Shown here piece by piece: positions 51,880 through 64,000 of a DNA stretch of 64,000 nucleotides (position 1 is its first letter; the number at the start of each line of letters is the position of its first letter). This DNA comes from Octopus sinensis (lineage: Eukaryota). Under the pieces are notes generated by a model. It was not told where the DNA came from and ran no database searches. It worked only from the letters and a program-made list of their open reading frames with translations. The position numbers and the translations under genes are program-made. The DNA is taken from positions 35,526,001-35,590,000 of the forward strand of contig NC_043001.1 in assembly GCF_006345805.1 (NCBI RefSeq), read 5' to 3'.

Positions 51880-52110
51880 TTACCAGAAAGACAAAATACA
51901 GTGAACTGGTTGAACTTTGTAAAATCAATGGATGGCAGGCAATATTGCTTTATATAGCAATAGGTGTTAGAAGATTTGTTGAAACCAGAAGTTTTGGACT
52001 AGTAGCAAAAGAAAGAAAAGATGTTGCGAGAAAATTGTTGGATGCCGCTAAGAAAATAACCCTATACATCTGGCTGAAGAGAGATGAAAAGTGGTGCAGG
52101 AAGAGCAAGC
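51880..52110 (+). mobile_element. RLE-type non-LTR 3' fragment (HERO/NeSL-like)
   Basis: RKTKYSELVELCKINGWQA...IGVRRFV...LLDAAKKITLYIWLKRDEKW resembles RK..KY.DLV..C...GW.A...EVGCRGF...AAE.AS.WIWLKR. Confidence 0.65.
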
Positions 52111-52714
52111 ATTAAGGTAGATAGTAAACATTTAGTGCAGACTCACAACATCTGATTCGAGAAAGCACGAGCTGTTGTGTCGGTGTTTTTTTTTTTTTTT
52201 TTTTTCCTACATTGTTGTGTGGCAACGGAAGTTCTGGTGTCATGGCGGAAAGAGCTGAAACAGCGACAGATGCCTGGTGAAACGTTGACTGCAGCATTCA
52301 GAGATGGACTGCAGCAGCTCCCTTAGCACACAGCTGTTTCAGTAGAATGAATTGTACTATCTATTAATATAAAGTTGTCCTTTAAATATTATTATCGAAA
52401 GGACTGAAGACTATTTATTACTAAGAGACATACAAATAGCTAAAGCAACGTTTGAATCCGAGATAATACTCGCTATTCCAGAATACACGGGAGTATGCGC
52501 ACAATCTACACGGGCGAGAGATTTATAACAGATTTATACATACACTTATGCGTTAAAAATATTTACGAAGTAGTATCAAATGTGGGTAGGGAGAATTTAT
52601 ATAGACAGATATAGACAGTTTCAATCATTTTGACTGCGGCCATGGTGGAGCAATGCCTTTAGTCGAGCCCAGGCTTAGTCTTTGTACTTATTCTATCGGT
52701 CTCTTTTGCTGAAC

Positions 52715-53053
52715 TGTCTATATCTGTCTATATAAATTCTCCCTACCCACATACGCATGTCTATATCTGTCTAAATAAATTCTCCTTAGCCACATGCGTA
52801 TGTCTATATCTGTCTATATAAATTCTCCCTACCCACATGCGTATGTCTATATCTGTCTATATAAATTCTCCCTACCCACATGCGTATGTCTATATATGTC
52901 TATATAAATTCTCCCTACCCACATGCGTATGTCTATATCTGTCTATATAAATTCTCCCTACCCACATACGCATGTCTATATTTGTCTATATAAATTCTCC
53001 CTACCCACATGCGTATGTCTATATCTGTCTATATAAATTCTCCCTACCCACAT
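52715..53053. repeat. 43-bp tandem repeat, ~8 copies
   Basis: TGTCTATATCTGTCTATATAAATTCTCCCTACCCACATGCGTA starting at 52715, 52758, 52801 ... 53016. Confidence 0.95.
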
Positions 53054-53689
53054 TTGATACTACTTCGTAAATATTTTTAACCTCGGATCAATAAGACGAT
53101 GTTAATTTACAAAAATACCAAATAAAAATATTAGAAATGAGCAGGCAAGAAGCTTTCTCCTAGTAATATGACGGCCACGGAGTATAGAGGATAATTTTCT
53201 TAGATACCTATTAATATACATTAGGAATACTCACTCTTAAAAACCGAATAATCTACTGGCATTAAAGACGCACATAACAGTGAACGAACTGACATATTCG
53301 ATATATCATAATCCCAGCAAGAACATATTAATTACGAATTACTGAGTCCATAATGAATGGGAGAATGTTTTCATCCGAACATTAAAGTAAATTGAAGTAT
53401 TCTTCCACGCCGTATGTCACTGTATTTGTTAAATGCACACCAGCCATACATTTGACAGATGGAATATTGTTGTTTTGAAAAGGCTGGATGCTAGATCAAT
53501 TTGCGGAAAACCATTGGGAAAACGAGACACTTGACTAACTAGATTCTTGTTGGGAAAGGTCAAAATTGACACTTTCTGATAAAGCTGAAATACTTGGTAT
53601 TTCATAAGTAAATCAAGAAAATATTACTAATGATTATGACAATAACTTCAATATATATATATATATAATATATATATTATATATATATA

Positions 53690-53887
53690 CTCTTTTATTG
53701 TTTCAGTCATTTTGACTGCGGCCATGGTGGAGCAACGCATTTAGTCGAGCCCAGGCTTAGTCCTTGTACTTATTCTATCGGTCTCTTTTGCTGAACTGCT
53801 AAGTTACGGTGACGTAACACACCAGCGTCGGTTGTCAAGCGATGTTGGGGGACAAACACAGACATACAAACACACAAACACACATAT

Positions 53888-53924
<37 letters not shown>

Positions 53925-54100
53925 ACAATATATACGACGGACTTCTTTTCAGTTTCCGTCTACCAAATCCACTCACAAGGCTTTGGTCGGCTCGAGGCAA
54001 TAGTAGAAGACACTTGCTCAAGGTGCCATGCAGTGGGATTGAATCCGGAACCATGTGGTTGGTAAGCAAGTTACTCACCACACAGCCACTCCTGCGCCTA
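53690..54100 (-). mobile_element. SINE group B with diagnostic tail deletions
   Basis: Tail lacks two consensus segments (GTCGAG^CCCAGG and TTGTA^CTTATT); head ends at CACTCCTGCGCCT. Confidence 0.9.
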
Positions 54101-54458
54101 TATATATATATATATATACACACACATGTGTATGTATGCGTGTATGTATGGATGTGTGTATGAATGTATGTATGTATGTATGTATGTATGTATGTATGTA
54201 TATGTGTATGTGAGTATGTATGTATGTGATCACAACAGAACAAAAGTAATGTCAATTTATAGAAGTTCCTTAAAACAGTAGTTATCGGAATTAACCGCTT
54301 CAGTCTGCTTGCTGAATGTACAAAGATCTCCGAATGGGCAGCATTAAGACAAGTTACTGATAAGCATACCGGGGTAAAACACATTTCCCCTTAGAACTAA
54401 AGAAAAGAAACTATGTCCTGGGGTTATAATTCAATTTGATATATAAACACTAAGTATA

Positions 54459-54837
54459 GCGCAATTGCCCAGTGATTAGGGCAGCGGACTCGCGGTCATA
54501 GAATCGCGGTTTCGATTCCCAGACCGGGCGTTGTGAGTGTTTATTGAGCGAAAACACCTAAAGCTCCACGAGGCTCCGGCAGGGGATGGTGCTGATCCCT
54601 GCTGTACTCTTTCACCACAACTTTCTCTCACTCTTACTTCCTGTTTCTGTTGTACCTTGTATTTCAAAGGGCCGGCCTTGTCACTCTCTGTGTCACGCTG
54701 AATATCCCCGAGAACTACGTTCAGGGTACACGTGTCTGTGGAGTGCTCAGCCACTTACACGTTAATTTCACGAGCAGGCTGTTCCGTTGATTCGGATCAA
54801 CCGGAACCCTCGTCGTCGTAACCGACGGAGTGCTTCC
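54459..54837 (+). mobile_element. SINE group C
   Basis: Near-identical to 18507-18890. Confidence 0.92.
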
Positions 54838-55552
54838 ATCAGAGCTTACGAGGAGTTAATAATTGATTTTTTATAAATTATATAGTAGAGAATCCTAAGG
54901 CTGGCAGGGTATTTCACAAATATTTCACTGAAAATTCTAACCAAAGTAATTTATAGCCGTACTTGAGTTTCTTCCCATTCAGCACTAGCCTGGGGTGCCA
55001 TACCAATCGCATGAGCCATGTAGATTCTGAGAAAAGTTGTCATTAAGTATCCCATAATTTACTGCCTTATCTCGAAGATATGATAGCCTCATGACTCAGA
55101 AATAAGCGTTCGAGCGATCAGGTGGGATTTTTTTTTTTTTTTTACCTATATGAACCATCAAGTACTATAGCTCAAGAACAAAACACACGCTGTCTTAAAT
55201 CTTTCAAGCTTGAACTCTAGCATATCTTTCATCCAATATCTGAAATAGGTAAAGGTGTTGGAGATATATCTATGTGTGTGTGTGTGTTTCTGTGCGTTTA
55301 TCATTAATGCATAATAATGATAAAAAAGTGAAAAGTACTATTTTATGAGAATGAACTGATCCTACGAAGAAAACCTGAACATTAACCTTTCGAAAATGTT
55401 ACAGTGGGATATCCCCAAGTTCGAAATTTAGCGAAGTTGTTAATATAAATGTATATTTCCATACACACACACGCACAAACACACAGACACACACACACAC
55501 ACACTCACACTCACACTCACACACACACACACACACCACACACACACACCAC

Positions 55553-55624
<72 letters not shown>

Positions 55625-55802
55625 GTATCTGTGTGAGTGTGTATGTGTGCATGTATATATATATATGTGTGTATTTATATGTATTATATATATATATATA
55701 TGTACACACACATACTCACGCACACAACCACACACACACGCGCACACACCACACACCACACACATATATATATATATACATATTTATACATATATGATAG
55801 AT

Positions 55803-55880
<78 letters not shown>

Positions 55881-56844
55881 CAGTTATTCCTTCTTTTACA
55901 TTGACTTTAAATAAAATAAATACAAATAACCACGAATAACTTAAATATATAGACAAAAAAAAACACCAACACCTAATAGATTAACTAAGAAAATAATTTT
56001 AAAAAGAAAAGAATAAGATCGGATGAGACTCTTTATTTATACACCACATCGACATTGAGACGAAACTTATTGTCTCCATTTTGGGGATTAAAAAAGTATA
56101 AATAAAATTTGTAAATTTGCATAAGTTCTGTGATGTTCTAGTAAAAACACTTGACGAAGTTCGGTCATCTAAGAAAGGTTTAATCAATTCCTTGTGTTAT
56201 TTCACTTCAAAGTCCTTCTTTCACTTTGTTCTCGTTGCTTGATAATGTTCTATATTTCCAGGCTTTAATAGGACGAATGCTTTCAAAAGAAAACATTGTT
56301 TCGTTTTCTCACTTCTTGACTTCTGGAATAGATTTTCACTTCGATGTAAATTCTTTTCATTGTAATTGCTTATTCTCAAATTGGTAGAAAAAGAGAATAT
56401 GCTCTTTTGATAAATAGTTTCCTTTTTCTCAAAATGAATTTCTTCTTTCCCAATTAATGAACAACTTCCGCCTGAAGTTAAACAAAACATTCTTCACAAG
56501 AGAAGCTGACACTTACAAGTAACAATAGCAGGAACGAACGAACGAACGAAAATGCTAGAGAAAAATGCTGATATTTATTTAAACATTTCCTTTTAGATGC
56601 TTTTCTTTGATTCCACAATAAAACCTTTTTGTGTAAGGAGCATTTTAGGACTTTAAAATGAATAAATATCTATTATAAAAAAGCAAAAACAAACAAAATA
56701 AATCTAAAAACGAGTGAAATCAGGTATTTGCTTAAGAATATAATGATATAATGTATTTTCTCGGTTTACAAAACATTCATGGTTTGTTTCTCATGAGTGG
56801 ATTTCAAGTTATGCTTTTTCCCTATAATTCCTATTTTCACAGGT

Positions 56845-57232
56845 GTGGAGGCGCAATGGCCCAGTGGTTAGGGCAGCGGACTCGCGGTCATAGGATCGCG
56901 GTTTCGATTCCCAGACCGGGCATTGTGAGTGTTTATTGAGCGAAAACACCTAAAAGCTCCACGAGTCTCCGGCAGGGGATGGTGGTGATCCCTGCTGTAC
57001 TCTTTCACCACAACTTTCTCTCACTCTTACTTCCTGTTTCTGTTGTACCTGTATTTCAAAGAGCCGGCCTTGTCACTCTCTGTGTCACGCTGAATATCCC
57101 CGAGAACTACGTTAAGGGTACACGTGTCTGTGGAGTGCTCAGTCACTTACACGTTAATTTCACGAGCAGGCTGTTCCGTTGATTCGGATCAACCGGAACC
57201 CTCGTCGTCGTAACCGACGGAGTGCTTCCAAA
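56845..57232 (+). mobile_element. SINE group C with 12-bp TSD
   Basis: TSD ATTTTCACAGGT at 56833-56844 and 57233-57244. Confidence 0.94.
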
Positions 57233-57826
57233 ATTTTCACAGGTAAACCAGTTAATGTCCATCTTTATGCATATCCATATAAACATCCATAGATGTGTTC
57301 ACATATACGCTCATTTCCTATAGAACATGTACGATATAAATATAGAAACAATGTGAATTTAAAAAAAATCTATCTTGTTTACTAGTTAATCAATTGATAT
57401 CGTAAAACCTATATAGTGTAATATAATAATACAAGGAAATTTTTTGAAGGATTTCTTTAGATAACTTTCGTAAACATTTTTCTATAATAGATATTAAGAC
57501 GTTTTAAAAATAAAATTCAAAAAGTATAGTATCTATAGTTTTTCTGCAATTGTTGCATATTTTTGATTTTAAGGTTTTATTCAGATTTCGATTGTCGATG
57601 ACAAACATATTTATTGTTTTATACATTATTTTGTAAATGTTTTAAAATACCTATCATAGAAAAGTGAATACGAAAGTAGTCCGAATAAATCCTTTCAAAA
57701 TAACTTTTTATACTCTTGTATTATGCCTTTTATATTTTGCGATATGTACAGACTAACTAGTAGGTAAAACAGTTATGTGTGTGTGTGTGTCCCATACACA
57801 CACACACACACATTTTTGTAAATTCT

Positions 57827-57856
<30 letters not shown>

Positions 57857-57861
<5 letters not shown>

Positions 57862-58312
57862 GAATTTACAAAAACACAAAAGACAAAAATGGGTGTGTAA
57901 ACAACAAACAGATGTATTATTTTAACGCTCGGTAAGTGAGAAAGTCTTTTACGTTTCGAGCCTACGGATGGCCCCTGTGCAAGGACAATCCGAACAAAGA
58001 CAGGTGTTGTAAAGAGTGACCGGTAGAGCGGAAATTCCGCGAGACCGGGGTGTCGTTGCTGAGCCTGATGTCACGGAGGTGTTTCGCGAATCGATCAGCC
58101 AAGTGGCGTCCCGCTTGACCGATGTATAGAGAAGGTCAGAGAGAGCAGGAGATGCAGTCGATGACGTTGGTAGAAGTGCAGGTAAAGGGGTTTGTGATAT
58201 GCTCGGGCCGATGATGGGTGCCTGTGAGGAAGGTGGTGTTGCGGAGGTAAGAGCAAGTAGGGAAGCGTAGACGGGAGCGGAGGAACGAGCCAGGTTGGAA
58301 GGTTCAATAAGT
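57857..58312 (-). mobile_element. Penelope-like element 3' fragment: GIY-YIG domain fused to terminal repeat
   Basis: FTCTSTNVIDCISCSL*PSLYIGQAGRHLADRFAKHLRDIRLSNDTPVSRNFRSTGHS, then directly CGTAGGCTCGAAACGTAAAAG...TTTTTGTAAATTCTCAC-(TA)n. Confidence 0.9.
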
Positions 58313-58430
58313 ATCCGGACTGTTGCTATAGTAACGAAGCTAAAGCACGCAGAGTAAAGCCGCTTGGCAAAGATTGACCTTGAACTCCGCTGTGCATGCG
58401 CACTAAGTTGTAACGTTCTATCTCACTTTC
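58305..58430 (+). mobile_element. Probable mariner-type 5' terminal fragment
   Basis: GTTCAATAAGTATCCGGACTG...resembles mariner-type termini; recalled similarity only, no partner end found. Confidence 0.35.
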
Positions 58431-59349
58431 GCTGTCTATTGATGAAACCTCGTACACAGATATGGAACACAAACATACACATACATATACACACACTTAT
58501 ACGTATGTGCTATGCTTATCTGTCTATATAAATTCTCATCCAGTTCATTTATTTATAGGGAGAAGTCAAAGAGAGAGGGAGAGAGAGATCAAAAATAGTT
58601 ATTAGTTATTATTTTCGATATTCACTTTCTATATCTATACCTTGACTTCGTAAATGAAAAGCGAAACCTTCGCGCCGTGGGATTGCACAGAAGGAAATAT
58701 TTATAGATGGCAGGATTGTGAGATTTGACTGGCAAATCGATTATATTTTGTCAGGGACTTTGTGGGAGAATTTTAACGTTTCAACGAAAATGAACACGCA
58801 TACTTACTTGTGAAACTACTATCACACCGTTTCTTTTTATATACAATTTTGGGTTCATTTAATTTAACCTATATAGTACCTTTTTTCTGGGTTTTGGTTG
58901 TTCGTTTTGTTGTTGATGTTCATGATGATGGCAGAGGTGGTTCTTTTTTCTTTTTTGCTGTTGGTTGCGGTTAGTGCTAAGGGTGATATATTTTGTTTAC
59001 TTGATATGAATAAATTATTTTCTAAAAAAAAAAAATGAAGATGATTATCTAGTCACGCTTGCGAATAAAGAAATCGAAGGAAACGGATAGGTAAATGGTG
59101 AGGAGAAAAAAAATTAGAAAGAAGAATAAAAGCAGTGAAAACCAAAAAAAAAGAAAGAAAATGTTATGGGAAGGAGACAAAAGTGTTCAAAGCAGTTGGA
59201 TATTCCACGCAAGAATTTCTGTATCAATTTATACCTGCGTGTATGATACTTACAAGATTCACCCACTCATTCATGAACGCATACACACACACACGTATAA
59301 TAACAACAACGACAACAACAATAAGAACAATAACAACAACAACAACAGC

Positions 59350-59380
<31 letters not shown>

Positions 59381-59619
59381 GCCGTTGTCATCTTGCGAAC
59401 GATATTTCGACATCTTGTTTGTCTTCAACAGGCTCAAAAGTACTTTTGTCAATCTACTTCATTTTGGTTTATATAATAAGGATTGAGACAACTCCTCTAG
59501 AAGATATAGAGTCAAAATTAAAAGAAGATTATAATGGCCCTCATCTTTTAATTTCGACTCTATATTTTTAAATCTATATACCTCAATCCTGTTGAAGACA
59601 CACAAAATGTTGACAATTA

Positions 59620-60680
59620 AGCTTTGATCTTGTGCCACCAATATGAAAACTCCAGTCTCTGTTTTCAGTCTTGAACTTCTCAGTCACTGATGGGTTGTTG
59701 CTTGATCTACATCAGCATTTAGAGGCTGTTCCTCAATTTCTCTCTTCCCATTCTTTTTTGCAATCTGTTTGATCCATTTTGTTTGTTATGTGGCAGTGGT
59801 TCCTGGTTCTTCATCTAATTCAGGGTTAATGCCAAGTTCTCTTGCGAATTTGAAAGGTTCCTTGACAATAGAAGGTGACTTTTTGCTGCTTTAGTGTTTG
59901 CACACAAACCGCAGCGTCCAGTTCTCTGCCCTATATAAGTACCTGCTTCATTGCTACTGTGGAGGCATTATGGCTCACTTCTACCTGCTTCATTCCTCAT
60001 ACCCCATTACTTATAGGTAGGTACAGACGATCAACACCTGCATTTGGATGGTGCATGTTCTTAGAAGTTAGTAGTTTTCTTATCTTCCTGTCCAGGCGAT
60101 GGAGCCCTGTAAGATTCCAGTTAATGATATTAGAACATTATTGGACTACTGAAAGTGCCATGGTGTTAATGGCTTCGATACGATTTTTGGAGTTGAGTTC
60201 AGTTTTCAGTATGAGTCTTATTCTTCTGTAATAATCCTTTCTCATTTTTCTCTTTCACAGTATCATATTGTATACCATCTCCTTCGTTTATCCTTGATAG
60301 TAGCGTAGGTATCTAATTTAATGGAAGCTGTTTGCCTGAGCTTACCTTTTACAAAAGTTGCTTTAGCACACTTATCAAGGCCAAAGGCCATCCCGATGTA
60401 ATGGCTGAAAATCTGTAACAGTTGTTAGCAGTCCTGCTAGCTCGGCAATACAGCTTCAGATCGTCCATATAAAACAGATGGTTTATTGTTGTATTATAAA
60501 CTTTGAACTTATACCTGGTGTTATTCAATTCGTTTGAGAGTGGGATCGGTGCCATGCATAAGAGAAATGCATAAGAGAAATGGGGAGATGTTGATGTTAG
60601 ATTGTCTCGTCCCATTACTATGGTTTAGAAGGAGACGTGTATTCCACTTGGCCATACTACTGTGTAAAAATCTTATTATT
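59620..60680 (-). mobile_element. R4/Dong-clade-like non-LTR RT fragment
   Basis: IPLSNELNNT..INHLFYMDDLKLY, GLDKCAKATF, RRIRLILKTELNSKNRIEAIN, HHPNAGVDRLYLP. Confidence 0.85.
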
Positions 60681-60689
60681 ACTTCATTT

Positions 60690-60885
60690 TTATTGTTGTT
60701 GTTGTTGTTGTCATTATTATTATTATTCAATAGTTTTATTTTTATAGCGTGCTTACACTTCACTACCGAGCGCAGCTCTGTGTGACTTGGGTATGTGCTC
60801 TGATTTGTTATGATGCTCTGGTAGTTACTGTATTGAAAGTGTTTTGCGTAGGATGTGTGTAGTGCCCAGTAGCGCAATTTTCTGT
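60690..60885 (-). mobile_element. R4/Dong-like 3' end with (AAT)/(AAC) tail
   Basis: IQKIALLGTTHILRKTLSIQ*, a short 3' UTR, then TAATAATAATGACAACAACAAC. Confidence 0.8.
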
Positions 60886-60889
60886 ATGT

Positions 60890-60925
<36 letters not shown>

Positions 60926-60966
60926 ATATAATAATAATAATAATGATAATAATGATAATAATAATG

Positions 60967-61078
<112 letters not shown>

Positions 61079-61787
61079 TATATCGTCATCATCATCACGG
61101 CTGTAAGCCTGGCAGAATCATTCGAACACCGGGTAAAACGCCCGGTGGCATTTCGTCGGTGTTCCCGTTCTTTGCCTTTCATCCTTTCGGAGTCGATTGA
61201 TTAACTACAGTCGAACAGTGGACTCGATGTAATCGACTTAACTCCCTCCTCCGAAATTTCTGGCCTTGTGCCAAAATTTGAAACTATCATAATTATTATT
61301 ATCATCAACTTTCTTATTATAACTTGTGAGAATGTATGCATACGTTCTTTCTTCCCTTTTGGGGAGTGGCGGGGTTTCCATTGTAATTTTACTACGTGTC
61401 TTTTACTGGGTAAGCATTCATATATGGTCCTTAACCTGGGAGATTGGCTTAAACAAATAAGGATCACTGACAGTTGATGAATTGGGGGCTTTTCTATCAA
61501 AGAATATTTAAAATCAACTACACAGAAGCCATTGTAGCTAGCAGAAAATTTACAATCGAACGAGCTTCCACAGTTTCACTCTAATTGCTAGCGATAGCAA
61601 CTAATGTCCCCTCATGTCATCTCCATCTTCTTAAAGAATGAAATGACACATTGAATAATATAAGTGGAATAATCCAACAGGCTGCTACTTGAACTTTTAT
61701 GGTTGACGTAAGATGAACAACGAAAATAACAACAAATACAAAGGCCAACATAGAAGACAGGAATAAAAACATGCAATAGGCGCAGGA

Positions 61788-62190
61788 GTGGCTGTGTGGT
61801 AAGTAGCTTGCTAACCAACCGCATGTTTCCGGGTTCAGTCCCACTGCGTGGCATCTTGGGCAAGTGTCTTTTGCTATAGCCCCGGGCCGACCAATGCCTT
61901 GTGAGTGGATTTGGTAGACGGAAACTGAAAGAAGCCTGTCGTATATATGTATATATATGTGTAAGTGTGTGTGTGTGTATATGTTTGTGTGTCTGTGTCT
62001 GTCCCCCTAGCATTGCTTGACAACCGATGCTGGTGTGTTTACGTCCCCGTCACTTAGCGGTTCGGCAAAAGAGACCGATAGAATAAGTACTGGGCTTACA
62101 AAAGAATAAGTCCCGGGGTCGAGTTGCTCGACTAAAAGGTAGTGCTCCAGCATGGCCGCAGTCAAATGACTGAAACAAGTAAAAGAGTAA
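61788..62190 (+). mobile_element. SINE group B, full length
   Basis: Consensus head, TA/TG tract and tail ...GAAACAAGTAAAAGAG. Confidence 0.93.
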
Positions 62191-62760
62191 CAGAGAGAAT
62201 ATATCATAGTTTTCTGCTGCATCAGACTCTCCTCATGAGTTTAGCCTGTTGCTATATCTAGCTTCTTAATCTCAAGTGTATGTGACGTTTTCTCCTCTTT
62301 AAATCTTAAAATACCGAACAGTTTAACTTCTCCTTTTCTATCCTTCCTAATATATACCATTCGCTTTCATCGTCTAAATCCATTGACGGAATAGACAAAT
62401 GGCATAGCAGTAAATCTTGTTGCGTTGGTAACTGTAACTTCAGACCTGAACTGCATGGCGATGCATATTTTATCTTTTATCTTTTACATGTTTCAGTCAT
62501 TAGACTGCGGCCATGTTGGGGCACCGCATTGAAAATTTTTTAGTCGAATGTATCGACCCAATACTTATTTTCTTTGGAAGTTTCTTGCTTATTCTATCAA
62601 TTTTTTTGCTGAACGGCAAGTTACGTTGACATAAACACACTAACACCGGTTGTCAAGCCGTGGTTGGGTACAAACATTGGCACAAAGACACAAATACAAA
62701 CACACACACACACATACATACATACATACATACATACATACATACATACATAAATAGATA

Positions 62761-62808
<48 letters not shown>

Positions 62809-62874
62809 ATAAAACGGTAAGATAACAAAAGAAAGAAAGAGACCTCAATATTATGTAAATAGAGGAAATTTATC

Positions 62875-63621
62875 TATACAATATGTTACATTACTCGGTA
62901 GTCAAGATAAAACTCTGAGTTTCAGATGCCGAAGTGGAAATCCACAACACCATCTCTTCGGTTATCTGGCTATTTGAAAACGTTATGAAAAAATACCGTT
63001 AAATAAAGGGAAATTACTCTGTTATAACTCTGCTTGCCTGCGTACTTATACATCGCTCGCATTTTTCGTCATAAAAATTATATAAAAATACATAAAAAAT
63101 ATATTAAAAAAATATATAAATTCTTCTTGGGACATAACAGAAAGCATGTTCTATCTGTTTTCTTTAGGGGACCAAAAACGTAACAGAAATTTAGTCACAT
63201 GTGGGCATGATCCGAAAAGCTCTGTCCTTGTATTTAGACCCTACTACATGTCTAAATACAAGGACAGAGCTTTTCGATCATGCCCACATGTGACTAAATT
63301 TCTGTTACGTTTTTGGTCCCCTAAAGAAAACAGATAGAACATGCTTTCTATGTTATGTCCAAGAAGAATTTATATATTTTTATATATTTTTATATATTTT
63401 TTAAATATATTTTTTATGTATTTTTATATAATTTTTATGACGAAAAGCGAGCGATGTATAAGTACGCAGGCAAGCAGAGTTATAACAGAGTATTTCCCTT
63501 TATTTAACGGTATTTTTTCATAACGTTTTCAAATAGCCAGATAACCGAAGAGATGGTGTTGTGGATTTCCACTTCGGCATCTGAAACTCAGAGTTTTATC
63601 TTGACTACCGAGTAAGGACAT

Positions 63622-63629
<8 letters not shown>
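62875..63629. repeat. 755-bp near-perfect palindrome (365/380-bp arms, 10-nt loop)
   Basis: 62875-63239 is complementary to 63250-63629; loop CCTACTACAT. Confidence 0.97.
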
Positions 63630-63669
<40 letters not shown>

Positions 63670-63720
63670 AAAATGTAAAGAGTGAAAAAACGACAGAAGG
63701 CTTAAATGTTAAAACAATAA

Positions 63721-64000
63721 TATATTTGCGTCAAAATGTCTGGAGAATATTGGAAAAATTTTTTTCCTTCCTTAAAATGACATAATTTTATAATTTTAAA
63801 GAAATACCGGTTTCGCAGTTAGCTCTTCAAATTTCTGTGACTTAATGTTTTACGTTATTAAAAAATAAACATTAAGTCACAAGAAATTTGAAGAGCTAAC
63901 TGCGAAACCGGTATTTCTTTAAAAATTATAAAATTATGTCATTTTAAGGAAAGGAAAAAAATTTTTCCAATATTCTCCAGACATTTTGACGCAAATATTA
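63721..64000. repeat. Second palindrome, >=130-bp arms, 16-nt loop, right arm cut by window end
   Basis: 63721-63850 is complementary to 63867-64000. Confidence 0.97.
63881..63919 (+). ncRNA. Minimal hammerhead ribozyme-like motif (U3 variant)
   Basis: AAGAAA-T-TTGAAGA-GC(TAACT)GC-GAAAC-CGGT-A-TTTCTT: 6-bp helix I (with one extra U), 2-bp helix II, palindromic helix III ACCGGT, GUA triplet. Mirror copy on the minus strand in the left arm. Confidence 0.65.

Noticed and set aside
52715-53053. Regular 43-bp array as a CRISPR-like locus
   Set aside because: Units are contiguous with no unique spacers, the context is eukaryotic, and no cas genes are present.
53150-53640. Possible L1-like ORF2 C-terminal relic
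   Set aside because: Resemblance is too weak and spread over several frames to call without a profile search.
18507-57232. SINE heads as tRNA genes, or assignment to named octopus SINE families (OK/OR1/OR2)
   Set aside because: The heads lack full cloverleafs and continue into SINE bodies. I cannot match them to named families without the reference consensus sequences.

Overview
AT-rich, microsatellite-dense eukaryotic intergenic or intronic DNA. It is very probably octopus (inferred from the tRNA-derived SINE families and repeat composition, not verified). I recognise no intact host gene; only a few low-confidence candidate exons are present. Nearly all ORF-track entries are microsatellite artefacts or decayed transposon fragments. 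Contents: three tRNA-derived SINE groups (dozens of copies, several with clear TSDs); two Penelope-like (PLE) ORF fragments (RT and/or GIY-YIG); CR1/L2-type LINE fragments; RLE-type non-LTR fragments resembling the CRE, HERO and R4/Dong clades; a mariner DD34D remnant; a Tc1/maT-like remnant; a fossil Gypsy-like pol; a non-autonomous Helitron; two MITEs; and a tRNA-Glu pseudogene. The most striking unexplained structure is a recurring architecture: fold-back (inverted-repeat) elements whose outer ends abut (TA)n tracts and whose arms carry minimal hammerhead-ribozyme-like motifs with U3 core variants, one showing a compensatory U3-A8 pair. One motif family is physically joined to a PLE GIY-YIG ORF. 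There are also several local template-switch copying events. All alignments and folds were done by eye and need computational confirmation.
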